From assembly GCA_043228905.1 (NCBI GenBank), contig JBHGNT010000005.1, positions 22,196,001 to 22,260,000 of the forward strand: 64,000 nucleotides of DNA, in the 5' to 3' direction. Position 1 is the first letter of the stretch. Each line of letters opens with the position of its first letter. The position numbers and the translations under genes are program-made. Positions 26,730 through 38,579 of the stretch are shown piece by piece. This stretch comes from Azolla caroliniana. Its lineage: Eukaryota > Plantae > Polypodiophyta. The notes under the pieces were generated by a model that saw nothing but the letters and a program-made list of their open reading frames with translations, was not told the origin of the DNA and did not search any database.

Positions 26730-27269
26730 TGTTGGGAATCCTGTCCCTCCGGATGGGGTAGGACGAGCCGAAGCAAGAACCCGGACCGGATGGACCCGGA
26801 AGGGGTCCGGCCAGATCTGATGTGAACCATGAGACGGGACATATTGGTAAATATGTTCCTATGTGCCATTGAGGCCATACTTGTAAATAGCCCAAAAATT
26901 TATATGAGTATAAATATAACTAGGGCAACTAGAGAGTATCATGATCATTATTCGAGTTGAGCGTTGATGTTGTAGAGATAGAGTGTGTGTGAGAGAGAGA
27001 GAGAGAACAGAACGTAAGTTTCTGTTGTAACCGCTTGTTAGCGAGGTCACAGAGCTCGAGGTCGGTGCCTCTAAGCTTCACATTGTATCTCTCTACTTCA
27101 TACAGTGATTTGGTTCGGAGTTAGAGGACTCACGTGGTTTTGACTCCTTGAGGTTTGCCACGTTAATATCCTGTGTCATCTTATTTCATGTGCAAGTGTG
27201 TATCAATCTACTTGTTTTGTTTGTTTCTTCCATCGTGTGCTCGATTGTGGCCGCACACTATTTGTATCA
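26730..27269 (+). repeat. 3' LTR
   Basis: Preceded by the PPT, aligns with the 5' LTR, followed by the TSD AATTC. Confidence 0.95.
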
Positions 27270-27639
27270 AATTCTAAGGGAGGAAGAAAGAAAAGGGAAA
27301 TCAATGTCTAGCTACGTTCATTCAGAAGCTTGCTATAGTTGTGTCTTAATGCTTGTTGAAAAATAACAGGTTTTGTCAAGCAACCATTTGTTGTTAACTA
27401 GACACCCATTGGACAGTGATTGCCCCACCTTTTTTTATCTAAGGTGTCACACAACGATAGCCAAATATATATGAAAGCAACACATAAATAGTAGAGTATC
27501 TATAGATACTTAGAGTATACATAGCCTGATTTGTATATGTGATTTAACTAATGGGAAGCAATTTTTTGTCCAAAAAAAAGAAAGAAAAGGGAAATCAATC
27601 AACGGACTATTGTAAGCTATATTTGAAATTTTAATTGTT

Positions 27640-28740
27640 TCGGGTTAGGATGTCACTATTCTATACTGTACATATATACCTATTAAACCAATCTCTTGTT
27701 TTTTCGACTCTATCTATCTATTTGTTTTTCTAATTGTATTTCTCTCTTTCTCACTCCTAATTCCCCTCAATTTATCTATTCATTTTCTTTCTCTCTCCTT
27801 GTTCATAATCCTAGTGGTTTCGACGTAATGATTATGAACTTGGCAAAGTGGTGAACCCAATGTGAACACATGGGCAAGAGAGATTTTGGGAGTAGCTTCA
27901 ACAAGTCAGAGGCAATTTAGTAGAAAAATGCTGGAAGGATCAATAACCTCATGATGACCGTAACTGGGCTAATGATGTAGGAGCAAAGTATAGCAAACCC
28001 CTTGGAAAACAAATTAATTATCGTTTTTCGAGTGGTACTTGAGAAGGTAGGACACTTTAATGGTGGTGATATTAGTAAGTTTCTAGAAACTTATGAATAT
28101 GATATGGCTAGCAAAGGGGCTATTGAGTTGTACAAGGTAGCCCAATTTAGTAGAGTGATGACATTAGCGGTGAGGGTTAAGGTAGCAAAACTTTAAGACA
28201 GGTTCTAAGGTTACTTGAGTGGTTTTCATCCAAACATTGTTGGATGAGTTCACACAAGATGATCAAACATGAATGACAATGAAGACCTATATGGTGTGAT
28301 AGCACAGAGCACTAGAAGAGGGATTTTCGAGGTCATAGAGAAGCCTTAGATAAAAAGTAGTTCTTCTACCAAGAGGAGAAGATCTACTTGATTGAGACAT
28401 GTAAACCTCTATAATTGAAAATTGGAAAGGTGGAACGAAAATGTTGGTGGAAGAAGCAAAGGCAAAAATTATTCAAGCAATTTACTAAACAACTTTCGGA
28501 TGAAAGGCAAAAGATTCTCGATTTTGGGTTAAGGCGAAACGGAAAGTTGGGACTGGAGAATTAAGAGAGGCTAGAGATCATATTTGGAGTAGCAATCAGT
28601 GGAATGACCTAGTAGATACCCTAACATGCCCACGAAGTTCAAGTGGAGGAGAAAAGGATGGATGATGTTGGGCTAGAGACTAGGGAGTAGAAGAAAAGAG
28701 AAGAAAAAGAAAAGCCTCACAAGGGCAAAACTTTATGACA
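27640..28740 (+). mobile_element. Decayed Ty3/gypsy remnant: LTR end, tRNA-Trp PBS and gag fragment
   Basis: LTR-like end TTGGCA at 27845, then TGGTGAACCCAATGTGAA (27849-27866), matching the plant tRNA-Trp 3' complement TGGTGAACCCGACGTGAA except at two CpG transitions. Gag-like VLEKVGHFNGGDISKFLETYEYDM follows. Outer limits approximate. Confidence 0.65.
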
Positions 28741-30507
28741 ACTACAAAACAAAAATGTTGTGTAATGTATATCTTTCCATGTCATAATTCTACATTTGTG
28801 ATAATCCTATCCCACCAATGATGCATATATATATATATATATATGACAAAACAATAGTGGTGAAATGTATATCTTTCAATGGATTATTATGGATCATTGA
28901 GCAGAGTCCATTGTTTTTGCACATATGGTAATGTGTCAATTGTAACCAAGCTCTTAAATAATTTCATACAAAAACGGCATATTGAAAAATATCATATGAC
29001 ATTTGACGTTTCCCTATAATCTCTCTTATCATGATTCATATAGATAATGCAAGTGTTCAATGTGTTGTTTCGATTGTAGCAAAGAATGTTAGAGTGGCTT
29101 CAATTGGTTCTACATTGACGATTAAAAGTGGCATTAGTGAAAGTAAGTATTGCCATGGTGTCAAACAACCATTGGGCTTTTGCTTGTGTTTGCAAAAGAC
29201 ATGCCTTCTTAGTGAAAAGCTCTAACACATCTAAATAGAGAAATATTGGAGTTTAGTGGAGTCAATAACTAATGAGTGTATAGACCAGCTATCAACTTGA
29301 GATGCATAATGTGCTCCATGGTGAGATTATCTCAATTTTTTTAGTGGCTCAAATTGCATTCTACATAGTTAGCAATCCTCTCAATATCTTCATATAGAAT
29401 GTTAACATTCCTTTACAATCAATCCCAAGGTTGCTTGTTTGAACAATTATGATTTTCACTAATGCTTGAATGCTCCTCATCCTCACATAGATGTTCCATT
29501 AGTGACATTGTTTACTGTAACAAACCTTACATTATGGCTATTACATTTTTAAGACTATCCCTTGTCTAATTCCTAGACACAACCTTTTTTTTAATGAACG
29601 AATCTTTTTTTAATTAAGTCACTTAATAAAATGTCTTTACGGTTCACTTGAAGGTGAAATACACTTAAATGATTCTATGTTGATAATTTAATCGAGATTA
29701 CTTTAAATTGTTGTCTTGTAACAGTATCTTCAATTATTTTGAATAATCTAATCATATAGTTAACTTTTGATCAAATAATCTATACCTAATGTTAAATGTC
29801 AAATTTATCCTTTCTTTAACACAATTTTTATCATTTTATAATATGGTATAAGCATAGGTCACCAAAAGATGCCTTCCATTTTCATTTACTAAAAGTTATG
29901 TTGATTCCAGTCCATATTGTTTCCGAAATTTGAGGATTTATGAGTGGTAGACAAAAGCGTGGCTCTCCTTTTTAAAGTTTGGACACATCACCCTACATCT
30001 TCTTAGGCACACATAAATATGCATGGTCTCAATTTAAGAATTTGAGCGATCTTAAGAAAATACACAAGTTGTGTGGCTACGCACCCTTTGTACCAACAAA
30101 GGAGAGTTTCTTATCATACTCTTTGTGGGTTCCTTAGGTCATGTTACGATAATGATCATCATGTTCGCGTAGGGAGACCACACTCATCTATGCATGTTGG
30201 AGCTCGTTCCTTTCTCCATTATGGCTTCCATACAAGTTAAGCTCACATTCTCTTTAATTTGAGATGGGGCATTAGTCTGTTGAAAGGAGACAGGTCAACT
30301 ATGTAGATTTTGCTCTAAACAAGTTCATGACTCTCAATACACTCATTAATACAATGCTCCACCATTAACTACGTTTGAGTTTGAATTCCACTCTAGTCCC
30401 AACTCACGTTTCTCTCATAGCCACAATGTGAACTCTAAATTGGAATGCCCATCGGTAAAATTCTTGAACATCGAGACTCACTACTCAATTCCCACACACA
30501 TTACAAG

Positions 30508-30551
<44 letters not shown>

Positions 30552-30929
30552 CCAACAAGTTAAATCCTCGCCATGTGTTTGGCCCCATCACATGATTGTG
30601 AAACAGTCTCCTATGCATGCGAAAAAGATACATATCTCTCTCTTTGTAAAAGTATTTGTAATGTGCAGTAATTTTTAAAGTCGTGTCGCATTGACTAGTT
30701 AATGTAGGGGTCGTCGTGATAGGTGTAAAGCCTCCCCATAGGTTACACCATCAATTTACTCACACAAACACACATGCACACACAAATGCAAACAAATGCA
30801 TGCACCAAGCTCTAGAGTCTAGATAGATATATTGGATATCTTTTTAATGTCCATGGGGTCTGAGACCCATTAAGTTCTATGAGACTGGGCCCACCTAGCC
30901 CCATGGCGAGGATCGAATAAACTAGGGGG

Positions 30930-31110
30930 TCTTATAGAGAGAGTCTTCACGAGGAGGATTTATCAAAACTAAGAGATGTCCCTCCCGAACCAAATATAGA
31001 AGATGCGTTCACATTGTTCTTTGATGATGCTTACTGAAAGGCAATAAATTTGGCGGTTCGAGGCTTTATATTAAGAAACCCTAATGGAGAGGTGGTACAC
31101 GTTGAAGGGG
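30930..31110 (+). mobile_element. Retroelement RNase H (type I) fragment
   Basis: AFTLFFDDAY*KAINLAVRGFILRNPNGEVV resembles the LFFDGA...GxxLxxPxG N-terminus of retrotransposon RNase HI. Confidence 0.5.
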
Positions 31111-31357
31111 TCGCTCAGTATGTATACAGAGAGAGAAGTTTCCGGCCGCACTATCGGTTGTTACGCGGTCTCCCGATTGATCCTAGCAATGGTGGCTTGA
31201 CTAGAACCTTAGCCAATAGGCGATGTCTCGGTGATTCATCGTGGGAATCTAATGTGCTTAGCGACTAACCGAAGTAACCGACCGACGGCTCGAGATGGGC
31301 CCGGCAAGATAAAGATCGATGACACGGTGGTGACGGTGACGTCTCAACCTCCTTTGA

Positions 31358-31388
<31 letters not shown>

Positions 31389-31401
<13 letters not shown>

Positions 31402-31598
31402 CTCTCTTGAACCTTCAAGAAGTATAAGTCTACATATATGTATGTATGTATATAAAAAAGAGCCTCCATTGTAACCTTCAAGAAGTATAAGTCTATATCA
31501 GTATATAAAAGAGCCTCCATTTTTAGAGAGAGAGAGAGAGAGTATATGGCCTTTTGAAGCTTCAGAAAAACTTAGATATAAAAAGAGCCTCCATTTTT
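31389..31598 (+). promoter_or_regulatory. Core promoter of the bestrophin gene with a triplicated TATA module
   Basis: TATAAAA(A)(A)GAGCCTCCATT occurs three times (~31451, ~31505, ~31577) with ACCTTCAAGAAGTATAAGTCTA twice, 60-260 bp upstream of the ATG. Confidence 0.55.
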
Positions 31599-31653
31599 AC
31601 AAGTCAAAGAGAAAGCAGAGAGACACAGAGAAAACAGAGTAGTGTGTTGTGCC

Positions 31654-34600
31654 ATGGTTGGCCTCACCTCTGGCCATAGCCATAGCCATAGCCATAGCCA
31701 TGCCTTCCTTCACCCCTGCTCCTCCAACTCTTCCTCTTCCTCCCTTCAGACGCAGACACAGACACAGACGCAGACTCAGACACAGCAGCCATGGCGGCTC
31801 CACCTCCCCCGATTCTCCTCCCCGACCTCCTCCTCCTCCCCCGTCGTCGTCTCTCTGCTCCCCCGCTCTCGCAATTCCCCCCTTTTGTGTAGCCTCTCCG
31901 CCCCAGAACCTGCCCCACCCCTTTCGCCTTCATACCTCCTCGCTCTCACTCTGCAGCGGACGCGCCCCTGCCAAGCCCATGGAAATCTCGCCCGAAACGC
32001 CCCTGGTGCAGATGATCCCCCCGTCTTGGCTTCCCCTGGAGAAGATCGATGGGAAGATATCTCTGGTTCCAGTGATCAAGATCAGGTACTCATCTCACCC
32101 TGTCTCAGACAATCAGGCTCTGATGTCAGCTCTGATGAGATTGTAAATAAAACCCTAACTAACGGTGATAGTAACGAGAAGGGAAGAAGTAATGGAAATT
32201 TTGAGAAGGATGAAATGTCATCTTCTGCCAGAATGCCAGAAAATAGTGGCCAAGATTTTACTAGCAAAGTAGGTATTGAGGATCACAAAACACCTGTACA
32301 AAATCTTTATGAAGATGGAAAGACGCTGTCATCGCAGCTTTCCTCAACGAAAATGAAGCACAATAGCAATAGTCCAAATTATAATGACCGAAATTCTACT
32401 TCGATACCATTAGAAATCCCTGTTGAAAATCTTTGTGATGATGGGAAAAGGTTTTCATCATCTCAGCGTTCCTCAAGCAAAATGGAGCTAGATAGCAGAT
32501 TGTCTACTTTGTTGCCCTCAGAAATGTCAAAAGGGTACTATGCAGATAGAATACCATTATCGTCTAAGTCGTCCACTAGCAAAACGAATCTGGATTGTAA
32601 TAATCTAAATCAAAATGGCATAAAGTCTACTACTATCACAAGCGCTGACATTACTGACAATCTTGGTGAAGATGGGAAAACATCTTCATCTCAGATTTCC
32701 TCCAGCAAGATGGAGTTCGATAGCAATAACGAAAATCAAAATAGATCTTCTACTATGATAAGCTCTGACATGTCTGAAAGCCTTTATGAAGACACTAAAA
32801 CATTGTTATCGCAGACTTCCCCAAGTAAAGTGAAACTTGATTGCAGTAATATGAACGGAAATGGAAGAAATTCCTCTATGATTCCATCAGAAATGTCTGA
32901 AGACGGAAAAACGTCATTAATAAAGCAAAAACTGGATAGCCACAATGCAGATCAAAATGGTATAAAATACACTGGTAAGATACCCTTGGAAATGTCGGAA
33001 GACAGTTCAGGAGAGCCATCTACTTCATCTTATTCAGCTACGGAAGAGTCTGAATCTACACTGGCATATCTCTTGGCGTCAACGAATCCTATAGAGTTCA
33101 TCACTAGGTTTCCTGCTTGGGCGGATGCACAGAAAGAGAGTGGTATGCCTCAAAGGCAGAAGAGAGCTTTCTTTTCGCATGAGGATTGGCTTCAACACCG
33201 AAGTACATTGAGATATGTGCGTCACATGCTTTCCAGTTTTTCTTCAAGAGTTATTGTTTCATTGGTTCCACCCGTCTTTACTTTCACTGTATGTGCTGTT
33301 GTCATTGCAGCATATAACAGTGCTGTAGACTCTGGCTTTATCCCATCATTTTTTCCGTTACTTCACGCATCATCGCTTCCATATGAGCTCACAGCTCCTG
33401 CCCTTGCATTACTCCTTGTGTTCAGAACTGATGCGTCTTATTCTCGTTATGATGAAGCAAGGAAAACGTGGACAAATGTTATCAGCGTTACCAAAGACTT
33501 TGCAAGGCAAAGTGCACATCTGATTGCAAGGCCAGAAGATGAATATTTGAAATCATCGCTTTTGAGTTACATCCTGGCATTTCCTATTGCATTAAAGGCA
33601 AGCCCTTTTATATATACGTGTTTCATTTCCTTCCTTTATTTTTTGTTCTGAACAGCCTGCTAAAAGTTCATTTCTTTTGCAGTGTCACCTTATCAACGGT
33701 TCTGATATAAGGAAAGAGCTACAAGTTTTGCTTGAGAAAGATGACCTAGCTTTTGTTCTTGCTTCAAAGAACCGGCCAAATTGCTTACTTCAGCTGATGT
33801 CGAGAGTCCTTGCCCTTGTGCAACTTGAAAATACAGAAAGGATTCTATTGGTGAGTTGAAAATATTCCATTGTCAAGAAACTGCTGAATAAAGACAAAGT
33901 CTTTCTAGATCAATAAGATGGTATGTTCTGTGGTGAGTGGACACAGTTCTTTATTATTTCATTGACGTTAAAGATGAATCTGGGAAGAATGCTTTCGTAT
34001 AATCCTATTTTGATGACCAAGACTTTATTCTAACACCCCATGATCTACATACAATTTCATAATATTGTTTTCTTGAATGAATAGTGCTCATGTGTAAACA
34101 TTCTTTCACATCTTAACAGGAGGCCAATATCGTACAATATAATGCAAGTATTTGTGTGTGCGAACGGCTTATTCGAACACCAATCCCATTGTCTTACACA
34201 CGTCTTACATCAAGGTTTTTGGTCTTGTGGCATACAAGTCTTCCAATTGTACTCTGGGATTCTTGCAATTGGCTAGTTGTGCCTGCCACTTTTTTGAGTG
34301 CTACAATGCTGTTTTACATTGAGGAGGTATGGCTGAATTTTGAAATCTATAGATCGTTGTATATTTTCTCATTGCTGGTCTGAAACCAAGTGAGATTTCT
34401 TGCATAGATTTAGAACCATTCTTCCACTAATAGCTTTGATTTTAACAAGGCAACCGCTCAAGCCACTATCTCAACCCCGCATACTAATATTGATTGATTC
34501 TTAATGGAATAGTGGTTCTTTTTTACCTAAATGGCCACATGGGCATGAAATGAATGTTGGTATCCTAACTAATTGGCTCTCTTTTTCATTAACAGGTGGG

Positions 34601-34766
34601 TGTCCTTATCGAAGAACCATTTCCCATGCTAGCTTTGGATAAAATCATTGGTGTTGCACATAAGAACATACATGAACTAATAGGCCTACAGCAGAAAGCA
34701 GATGAATTCCTCTCCTTGAAGAGGAAGGTAGCAAGTGACATCTCAGCAAATGATCTCACAGATTGA
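31654..34766 (+). CDS. VCCN1: Chloroplast (thylakoid) bestrophin-like voltage-dependent chloride channel, VCCN/UPF0187 family, with long repeat-containing N-terminal extension, ~829 aa
   Basis: Exons 31654-33597, 33683-33850, 34120-34326, 34596-34766 (2490 nt; intron 1 is GC-AG). Ser/Pro-rich transit-peptide-like start. Core motifs HEDWLQHRSTLRYVRH, APALALLLVFRTDASYSRYDEARK, FPIALK|CH, TPIPLSYTRLTSRFL and IEEVGVLIEEPFPMLALD match plant VCCN. Confidence 0.93.
32290..33010 (+). repeat. Coding tandem repeat array (6 full + 1 partial units, ~33-42 aa) within the bestrophin N-terminus
   Basis: EDGK-type anchors at ~32311, 32437, 32542, 32668, 32788, 32899 and 32998; consensus ~NLYEDGKTxSSQxSSSKMELDSNNxNQNGxxSTxIPSEMS. 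Confidence 0.88.
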
Positions 34767-35923
34767 GCCCACTTGGGCATACTCGTTTTTTGAGATCGAG
34801 AGATATGTTACGCATGCTCCTCATCTATCTTTTGGGAAGTTATGTTATCTTGCTGATGTCTATCTGCTGCCAAATCTTCCTTTCAATAGGTGAACTTTAT
34901 GAGGATAATGGTTGCCAATCTATACCAGTATTGTATCCTCTACAGAATTGAAGTTCGAAGATTACCGATTATCATGCCTGTACATTACACAAAAGAAAAC
35001 GTGTTGTTTTGTTACTGGTTGTGTACGTTACACAAAAGAAAATGTGTTGTTTTGTTACTAGTTCTTATTTAATGTAGTGAATTACAATCTACAGCCACCC
35101 ATCTTCAAGACTTTGGCTGATACAGTTAAGACATTTGCCTAGTCACTAGCATCCCATAATGTTTGGCTTCTGAAGCCCAAGTCAGTCCAAATAATTGCCA
35201 AGGTTATACAATGTTTCGAGGAATATTTCAATATATACATATAATGGTTAGGAAGCATATCATGTTTATCTTGTCTCCATTGGGAGTAAATTGTGGTCTC
35301 AAAAGTCATTTTGCATCAAATGAATCCAAGAACCATCAATCAATGGCCAATGAGCAACCTTGTGATTGCATTTGCTTGCCAAACTAGAAGGGCAATACCA
35401 AAGTAATCTCCAATATGTTAAACCACTTCCATCAAGTATTTTGGGATGCGATGTTGGTGCCAAATGATTGGATTAGAACGATGCCCAAATAGTGTGATGA
35501 ATGGAAGGATTTCAAATTGACTCTTTGGGATTGCTAGATAATTGGGGTAGGAGTTCAAGCAAGGGGATTAGATTGGTGAATGAATGATGAAAATTCAAAC
35601 ATTGAATGGATTGTGATAGTTTGAACACTTAAGGGATTAAGGGTAGAAGCATCCGAGACATACTTAAGGTTTTGGTGATCCCATCTTTGTGCACAATAAT
35701 TTTGTTCTTTCATGAGATGCTACTTAGTAACAAAAATTATGTAATGCATAAAGGAGATCTAAAATATCGTTGTCAAGGGATTCCTAGTTTATTGCCATAA
35801 AGGATTTGGATTGAATATAAGATACTATATTACTATGCGGATTCCCAATCAATGCAACCATGTGATCACCCCCTAAATAAGAGGCTTGAGGTGCCAACAA
35901 AACTTCTCTATTGGGGGGTTATA

Positions 35924-37463
35924 TCTAGGCATGTCCCATATTTGGAACATTAAATGAAAATGGATGTTACATGTCTTTATTCGTGTACTTCTAACTCATT
36001 AAATCATGAGGATTGGTGTCCTTTTGTGTCATATAAAGGTAATGCAAGCATAAAAATGTTGATGTGCTCAACCATTTCTTAGCTTACATACTAATGAACA
36101 GACTCCATGGTGTCATTCTCAAGCAATAAATTGATGAAACTCTAACTATGAGCTAGTTGAAGCTAAAAGAGGCTCATGAATTATGCTTGGTATGTAGAAC
36201 TTTGATTTGACAATGTGAAAATGGCATTAGAAAACACATTAGCAAAAATCGTAACATGTGTTTATGAGTTCTACTACATATGTATATAGAGACTAATGAA
36301 GGTGGAATCAAACTAAATTCCTCAATGTAACGAAAACACCGATGTAGACTAGAATTATCTAAATATGTTGTCATTCTCAAGCAATAAATTGATGAAACTC
36401 TAACTATGTGCTAGTTAAAGCTAAAAGAGGTTCATGAATTATGCTTGGTATGTAGAACTTTGATTTGGCAATGTCTAAACGTCCCATTATTCTTGTGAAC
36501 TCAAAAGTATGAGGTAAATATTGTTTGCTATAGTGATGGATGTGCCAATGTCTCTGCCCAATAGATTGTGCCCTCATTTTGGGAGGATGAGTAAGCTTCT
36601 ACATGTTTGTGTTAATTAATTAAGTAATAGTAGTATATTGCTTATAAAATTAGGAATCATAGTGCGGTCCAAATTGCATGTTCCCTTTACATTATTGTCT
36701 CTAAATTTATCTCTCTCATACGACTTTATGTGTCTACTTTATACACGTTTATGATTTACTATTTGTATTGAAACAACTCATCATATTTGAAGATTAAGTT
36801 ACCAATTCAAGTGTGCTTTTACATGTTACACGAGGAGCATATTCAATGAATGTAATCACTCGAACGTTAGTGTCATGGGACACCTCCTTAGAGCCTCTAT
36901 ATCTTAACCTTTTCCAATATGTTATTCCCTTCGGTTTTGGTATCCCAATAAAAATTAAAGTAATAACGAAATGTGCTTTCACTAGTATGCAAGTCAAGTT
37001 GGCACATGTCTTGTGTTTTAGTGATTACATCTTGCACTAGTATACAAAGAGTAACTACCTACAATTATAGTTTGAAATAAGGAGCTATTAGTCATTGTCC
37101 TTTCTAAGTTCGAACCTCACTTATGTGAGTGGACACTTATATTCTTAAATATTGAAAAGAGGGAGGGGTGGGTCATAAAGGTGTTAACATTCCTTTCTGT
37201 TCTTTGGTTGAAGTTGTTGCTCAACAATAGCTTATCATTTTTGAGGAAGCATTGATTAGAAAACATATACTATATTTGCGGTTATGAAGTGATCCCTACA
37301 AGCATTAGACGACGTTATTTCGTTGTCATTTTGAGCCCATGAGTTTTCATATTTTATGGTTTAGTTATGAAAGCAATGTTTTTGGCTAACAAACAACAAG
37401 AATACATGCTTATTCAAACAACAAATTTTAGACAAAGCAAACTCGAATTTTATGTTGTGGTGC
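35924..37463 (+). repeat. Copy A of a local dispersed duplication (copy B at 42757-45017)
   Basis: Collinear similarity from TCTAGGCATGTCC..TTTGGAACATTAAAT to TTTTATGTTGTGGT; also an internal ~105-bp duplication (36111-36215 / 36369-36473). Confidence 0.9.
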
Positions 37464-38057
37464 TTCACGCTTACAAGAACCTGTCCATTTGAACCCACAA
37501 CCCTAGACATGAGTGGGAAAATAAGTTGTTCGGGGCCTATCATTTATTTATTACCGAATGACTAATTGTATATTTCTTACCAAGAAACGAGGAACAAATT
37601 GAGAAGCTAGGCAAAATTAGATAAAACCATGATGAGACCCAAAAAACCAGGAACAAATTGAGAAGCTTGGCAGAATAGATAAAAACATGTAGAGTCCAAA
37701 GGCGGGGCTCGATTACAGTGCATTGTAATAAAACAACAAACCCTAAACTTTGCCGTTTTCTTATTATTGTTGTTCATTTGCGTTATTATGTTTTCCTAGT
37801 ATCGTTGGGCAGGGTCCGAGGGACAATGTAAGCGTTCCGGCTATATATAGAGAGAGAGAAAGCCGGAATTACGTGATTCCAGCCAGAATATCCAAGAATA
37901 TCCCAGGAACTAGAATCTAAGGAATCTAGCCTAAGCCCTAGATTCATATAATTTTTTGAACCGGCTAATTATGTAGTTTTTTAAAACCACAAGGTTAAAA
38001 ATAAAAACAGAAAACGATTTTAGACATAAATATGTACATATTTCGTAACACTTGGTT

Positions 38058-38108
<51 letters not shown>

Positions 38109-38149
38109 CTGCTCATTTTGCTGTCTAGACTCTACAGAGAGGCGCATCG

Positions 38150-38293
38150 CCATTACCTGTGTGCCGAGATTTCCCTCTCTTCTGCTCAGTACTCGCCGAT
38201 TTTGCCTCTCATTTTGCTCTCTACAGCGGCATCTCCATTACCTGTGTTTCGAGATTTCCCTCTCTTCTGCTCAGTGCTCACCGATTTTTGCCT
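38150..38293. repeat. ~58-bp direct duplication in a CpG-rich, 5'UTR-like segment
   Basis: CCATTACCTGTGT..CGAGATTTCCCTCTCTTCTGCTCAGT.CTC.CCGATTTT at 38150 and 38235. Confidence 0.85.
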
Positions 38294-38579
38294 TTGCTTT
38301 TGCGACTCGCGGCTCGAAACTGCTCACCGCTCATTCGAATGCTTCAACTGGGATATTTTCCTTGGTAAGTTCCTTCTAATCACATTGCTCTTTTGCTTTT
38401 ACTAACCGCTTGCATCGCTTCAAAGCGTTTGAGCGCTCTCATATAAACCACATTCTTAACATATCCATATATTGTACCTGATTAATTATATCATTCCTTG
38501 GTTTTTGTATTGTACCTGATTCATTATATCATTTCTACATTAATTCTTATACTCTATAAGCATTAAAGGTCTTTTGTAG

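Larger units (their letters stand above)
22714..27269 (+). mobile_element. Ty1/copia LTR retrotransposon (Tnt1/Tork-like) with both LTRs and TSD, internally deleted gag, inactivated pol
   Basis: LTRs 22714-23318 and 26730-27269 (TGTTGGGAATCC...TTGTATCA); 5-bp TSD AATTC (22709-22713, 27270-27274); PBS TGGTATCAG 23322; PPT AGAGGGGGAG; protease WVVDSGASFH; integrase RADNGGEY; RT YVDD; RNase H TEAEY..RTKHI. Many stops. Confidence 0.97.

Noticed and set aside
32290-33010. CRISPR-like or TE-derived origin of the bestrophin repeats, or algal Rubisco-binding motifs
   Set aside because: Eukaryotic coding repeats that are diverged along their whole length, with no repeat-spacer pattern or TE hallmarks, and no Trp-containing W[R/K]xxL motif within the units.
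33598-33651. C-terminus ASPFIYTCFISFLYFLF of the 669-aa ORF
   Set aside because: Intron read-through. Homology continues at 33683 (CHLINGSDI) through a GC donor.
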